Source of the DNA: Marsupella aquatica
Lineage: Eukaryota > Plantae > Marchantiophyta
Assembly (NCBI GenBank): GCA_973895155.1
Contig: OZ316891.1
Coordinates: 26,039,899-26,103,898 of the forward strand
Direction of reading: 5' to 3'
Length of the DNA: 64,000 bases
The position numbers and the translations under genes are program-made. Positions 61,190-64,000 of this stretch are shown in pieces. The notes beneath the pieces were generated by a model. That model was not told the DNA's origin, made no database searches, and saw nothing but the letters and a program-made list of their open reading frames with translations. How positions within the stretch are numbered: position 1 is the first letter of the stretch; every line of letters begins with the position of its first letter.

Positions 61190-64000
61190 CGTGGTGTGTA
61201 TTCAGGAGCATAAACTGCGTGCTCGCAAAATCTGCAAATTGCAAGAGGTTTGGAGATCTGCACACTGGGTTTGTGCGCCTGCGGCGGATGGAGCCCACTC
61301 CATCCGAAATGATAACGTTTATGCTGGCCAGGGGGGGTATAGCTCTTGCCATTACACCGGTGCTCCGTCAATTTGTCATTTCGGAGGGAGTGATTGACTC
61401 AGGGAGAGCTGTTTGGTGCTGCTTGGTGCATGATGGGCTGGGCAAGGTCGGTCTTCTTGGAATCTACGCACCAAACTCGGCTAGGGAGAGGACAAACCTC
61501 TGGCGGGAGCTTTTCAATCGGCTGGACCCATCGTTCACCTGGATTCTTATGGGGGATTTTAATATGATTGAACAATCTTTCGATCAGAGAGGGGGGCCAA
61601 GCACAACTATATCGGGCAGTGAAAGGCGAGCTTGGCGCCATCTCGTGAGGCGACTTCACCTAGTGGACTCATTCCAGGAGCAACAAGGACATCTCCGCTT
61701 CAGTTGGGATAATAAGAGAAGATTTCGCCATGCCCCTGCCATGCAACAACCACAAAACTTGGAAGGCCGAGTTCTGAGGAGGCTTGACAGAATTTATGCC
61801 TCCAGGGGGGGGTTAGTGCTAAATTCGATATCTCTTCCACTATAATTCCTGGGATCCCCTTGTCGGATCATGCCCCTGTCATTGCTTTGATCACCCCGGT
61901 GGTGCCTATCAAGCATCCCTCACAACACCGCATGAACGTCAGCCACCAGAAGCAGGCGGAGTACCGGGAGCGCATGGAAAGAATGTGGAAAAGAGAGAGA
62001 GAGCTTTGTTGTAGGGGAGGTTTATCGGCAGCTAAGACTCTTGTTCATTGTCTGGGGAAGGCACGGAAGTTTGACAGAAGCTGGGGGAAAAGGAAGGCCC
62101 TGGAGAGACGCTTGCGGGAAACACAACTTCGTACATCGCTCACCCAAGCACAGCTTCAATTCGAGAGGGACCCACACATAGCTCAAAATCAAGATGCTCT
62201 GAAGGCGGCTGAAACATTGGTGCAGGAATTTGAGGCTGAGAAAGTCCAGTGGATGGACTACATTCTGCAGTCCCGGTGGATTGGCGATGGGGAAAAATGC
62301 TCCAAGCTTTTCTTCAGAACTTTCAAAGGATTGGCCATGAAAAACGAAATCACTCAACTTTTCACTAAGGAGAATCTGCTAGTCAGCGATTGGGACGGGA
62401 TGGCTGATACTGCCACTACTTTTTTCAAGGATATCTTGGGCCAATCTGCGGGTCCACAGTGGGAACACATTGCAAGGGTTCTGGAGCTGCAAAAAACAAG
62501 AATCACAAGGGAGGACCAGGAGATGCTGAATGAGCCTTTCACGTTGGAGGAGCTTGGAAAGGCTACGGCAGCGCTGGCGTGCAACAAATGCCCGGGTCCA
62601 GATGGGGTACCGGTGGAGTTTTTTGTGGCGCATTGGGACATTGTGGGTCCCTCTCTGCTTGGTGCGCTTACGCAAGAAATGGCTGAGGGGGTTTTCTCTG
62701 ATGCGATTACTAGGGGATTCATTGTACTCCTACAGAAGAAGGATGATCAGCGGTACTTGACCAACAAAAGGCCCATTACTTTGCTGAATGTGGTTTACAA
62801 GATTGGCGCGAAGGCCTTTCAGCTACGTCTGATTCCAGTCCTACAAAGGTTCATCTCACCACAGCAATTTGCCTTTCTACCAGGTCGGAATATTCACCAT
62901 TCCTTGATGCTACTCAACGAAATGTTACACCATGCTCACGTCTCTGGCCTGGATTACATTCTGATGAAATTAGACGTAACCAAGGCTTTCGACAAACTTG
63001 AATGGCCTTTCTTGATGGCTCTCATGGGGAAAGTTGGCTTCGATGGGCTACTCATGAAATTTCTGGGAGCTACTCATGCCTCAGCATCCTCGGCAGTACT
63101 TCTCAATGGGAGAATGGCTTCACCCTTTGGTCTAGCCCGATCGGTCAGACAGGGATGCCCCCTATCACCTCTTTTGTTCCTTATTGCAATTGACGCCCTT
63201 AGCAGGATGATACAATGGGCGGTCGATAGGGGGACCATTCAGGGTGTCGACATTCAACCTGTACGCGTACACAATGTGCACAATTTATATGCAGACGACT
63301 TGGCTATGCTCATTCGCGCTTTCATGGAGAATGTTGACAATTGTAAGCAGATCTTGGACCGTTTTGGCTCAGCATCCGGACTCGTTTGCATCTGGGAGAA
63401 AACGCAAGCAGCATTTATTTCCCCACGCAGACTCCCGATTCAATTCAGGCGTTTGCCCTGGAGTTGGGAGACCGAAGCCACCGCCACTAAGCTCTTAGGA
63501 ATTCCCGTGGCATAGAGTATCTCTGAAGAACAAATGGTGCTTTCCTTAGCGGAGAAGCTTGAATCCAGACTAGACAAGGTCCGTCGGAGTTCGGGGTCCC
63601 TTATTGCTCGTGTCACGGTCGCTAACCATTTAGTCATGAGCACTCTTTGGTTTATGCTCACGGTCTGGACTGGGCAGCTGCACACCCTGGCTACACTTCA
63701 AAAGAAAATCACTGCCTTCGTGTGGGCAGGGCAGAACGAGAAGGCCCGATCGAGGGTTGCCTTTGCTACTATCACTCGACCGAAGCGGCTGGGGGGACTA
63801 GGACTCATCTCATTGGTGGCGCAATTCAGGGCATTGGCAGGCAATTTCATCACTTGGGCACTGGCCGAAGGGGATCACCCACTGCGTCGAATTCTACAGC
63901 ACGAGATTAAACAACTCTCTAAGCAGAAATGGGGAGGGGAGGACTTCTCATGGGTATTCTCACACTGCCACACATTGCCACACAATGGTTCGAAGGTTTG
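61086..64000 (+). pseudogene. LINE ORF2 (EN-RT) with two frameshifts and one stop, partial
   Basis: TYNMRG, CIQE, IYAPN, GDFN, RRLDR, SDH; PGPDG, RPITLLN, LDVTKAFD, RQGCPLSP, LYADD. Frameshifts at G-runs (~61332, ~61805); TAG at 63513. Confidence 0.93.

Larger units (their letters stand above)
59465..64000 (+). mobile_element. Second L1-like LINE, runs off the window end; 5' boundary lies upstream of 59465 and is not resolved
   Basis: ORF1 with zinc knuckle, then EN and RT motifs. Confidence 0.93.

Overview
Eukaryotic land-plant nuclear DNA with GT-AG introns, a plant-type U2 snRNA, an LRR receptor kinase and an MTPSL relic. The MTPSL relic points to a non-seed plant, probably a liverwort (inference). 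Intact genes: a 3-exon STP hexose transporter (1721-3611), an intronless LRR-RLK (42988-45303), a 3-exon small plastid membrane protein (49588-52414), ribosomal protein uL2/RPL8 (55317-56423), two tandem U2 snRNA genes, tRNA-Pro(AGG), and an orphan coiled-coil ORF. The most interesting locus is missed by the ORF track. It is a decayed Gar1 (H/ACA snoRNP protein) gene at ~10727-13149 whose exons carry stops and frameshifts, while its splice sites stay canonical. Its introns hold a structurally intact H/ACA snoRNA (both pockets match conserved 18S rRNA sites) and three box C/D snoRNA candidates, so it may be a protein gene turning into a non-coding snoRNA host. A foldback MITE sits at a telo-box just upstream of it. 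The mobile DNA is two L1-like LINEs and several non-autonomous TIR elements, including a three-level nest (foldback element > LINE with 16-bp TSD > 996-bp TIR element with 8-bp TSD). There is no CRISPR array or prokaryotic system. All family and target assignments come from motif recognition by eye, not from database searches.
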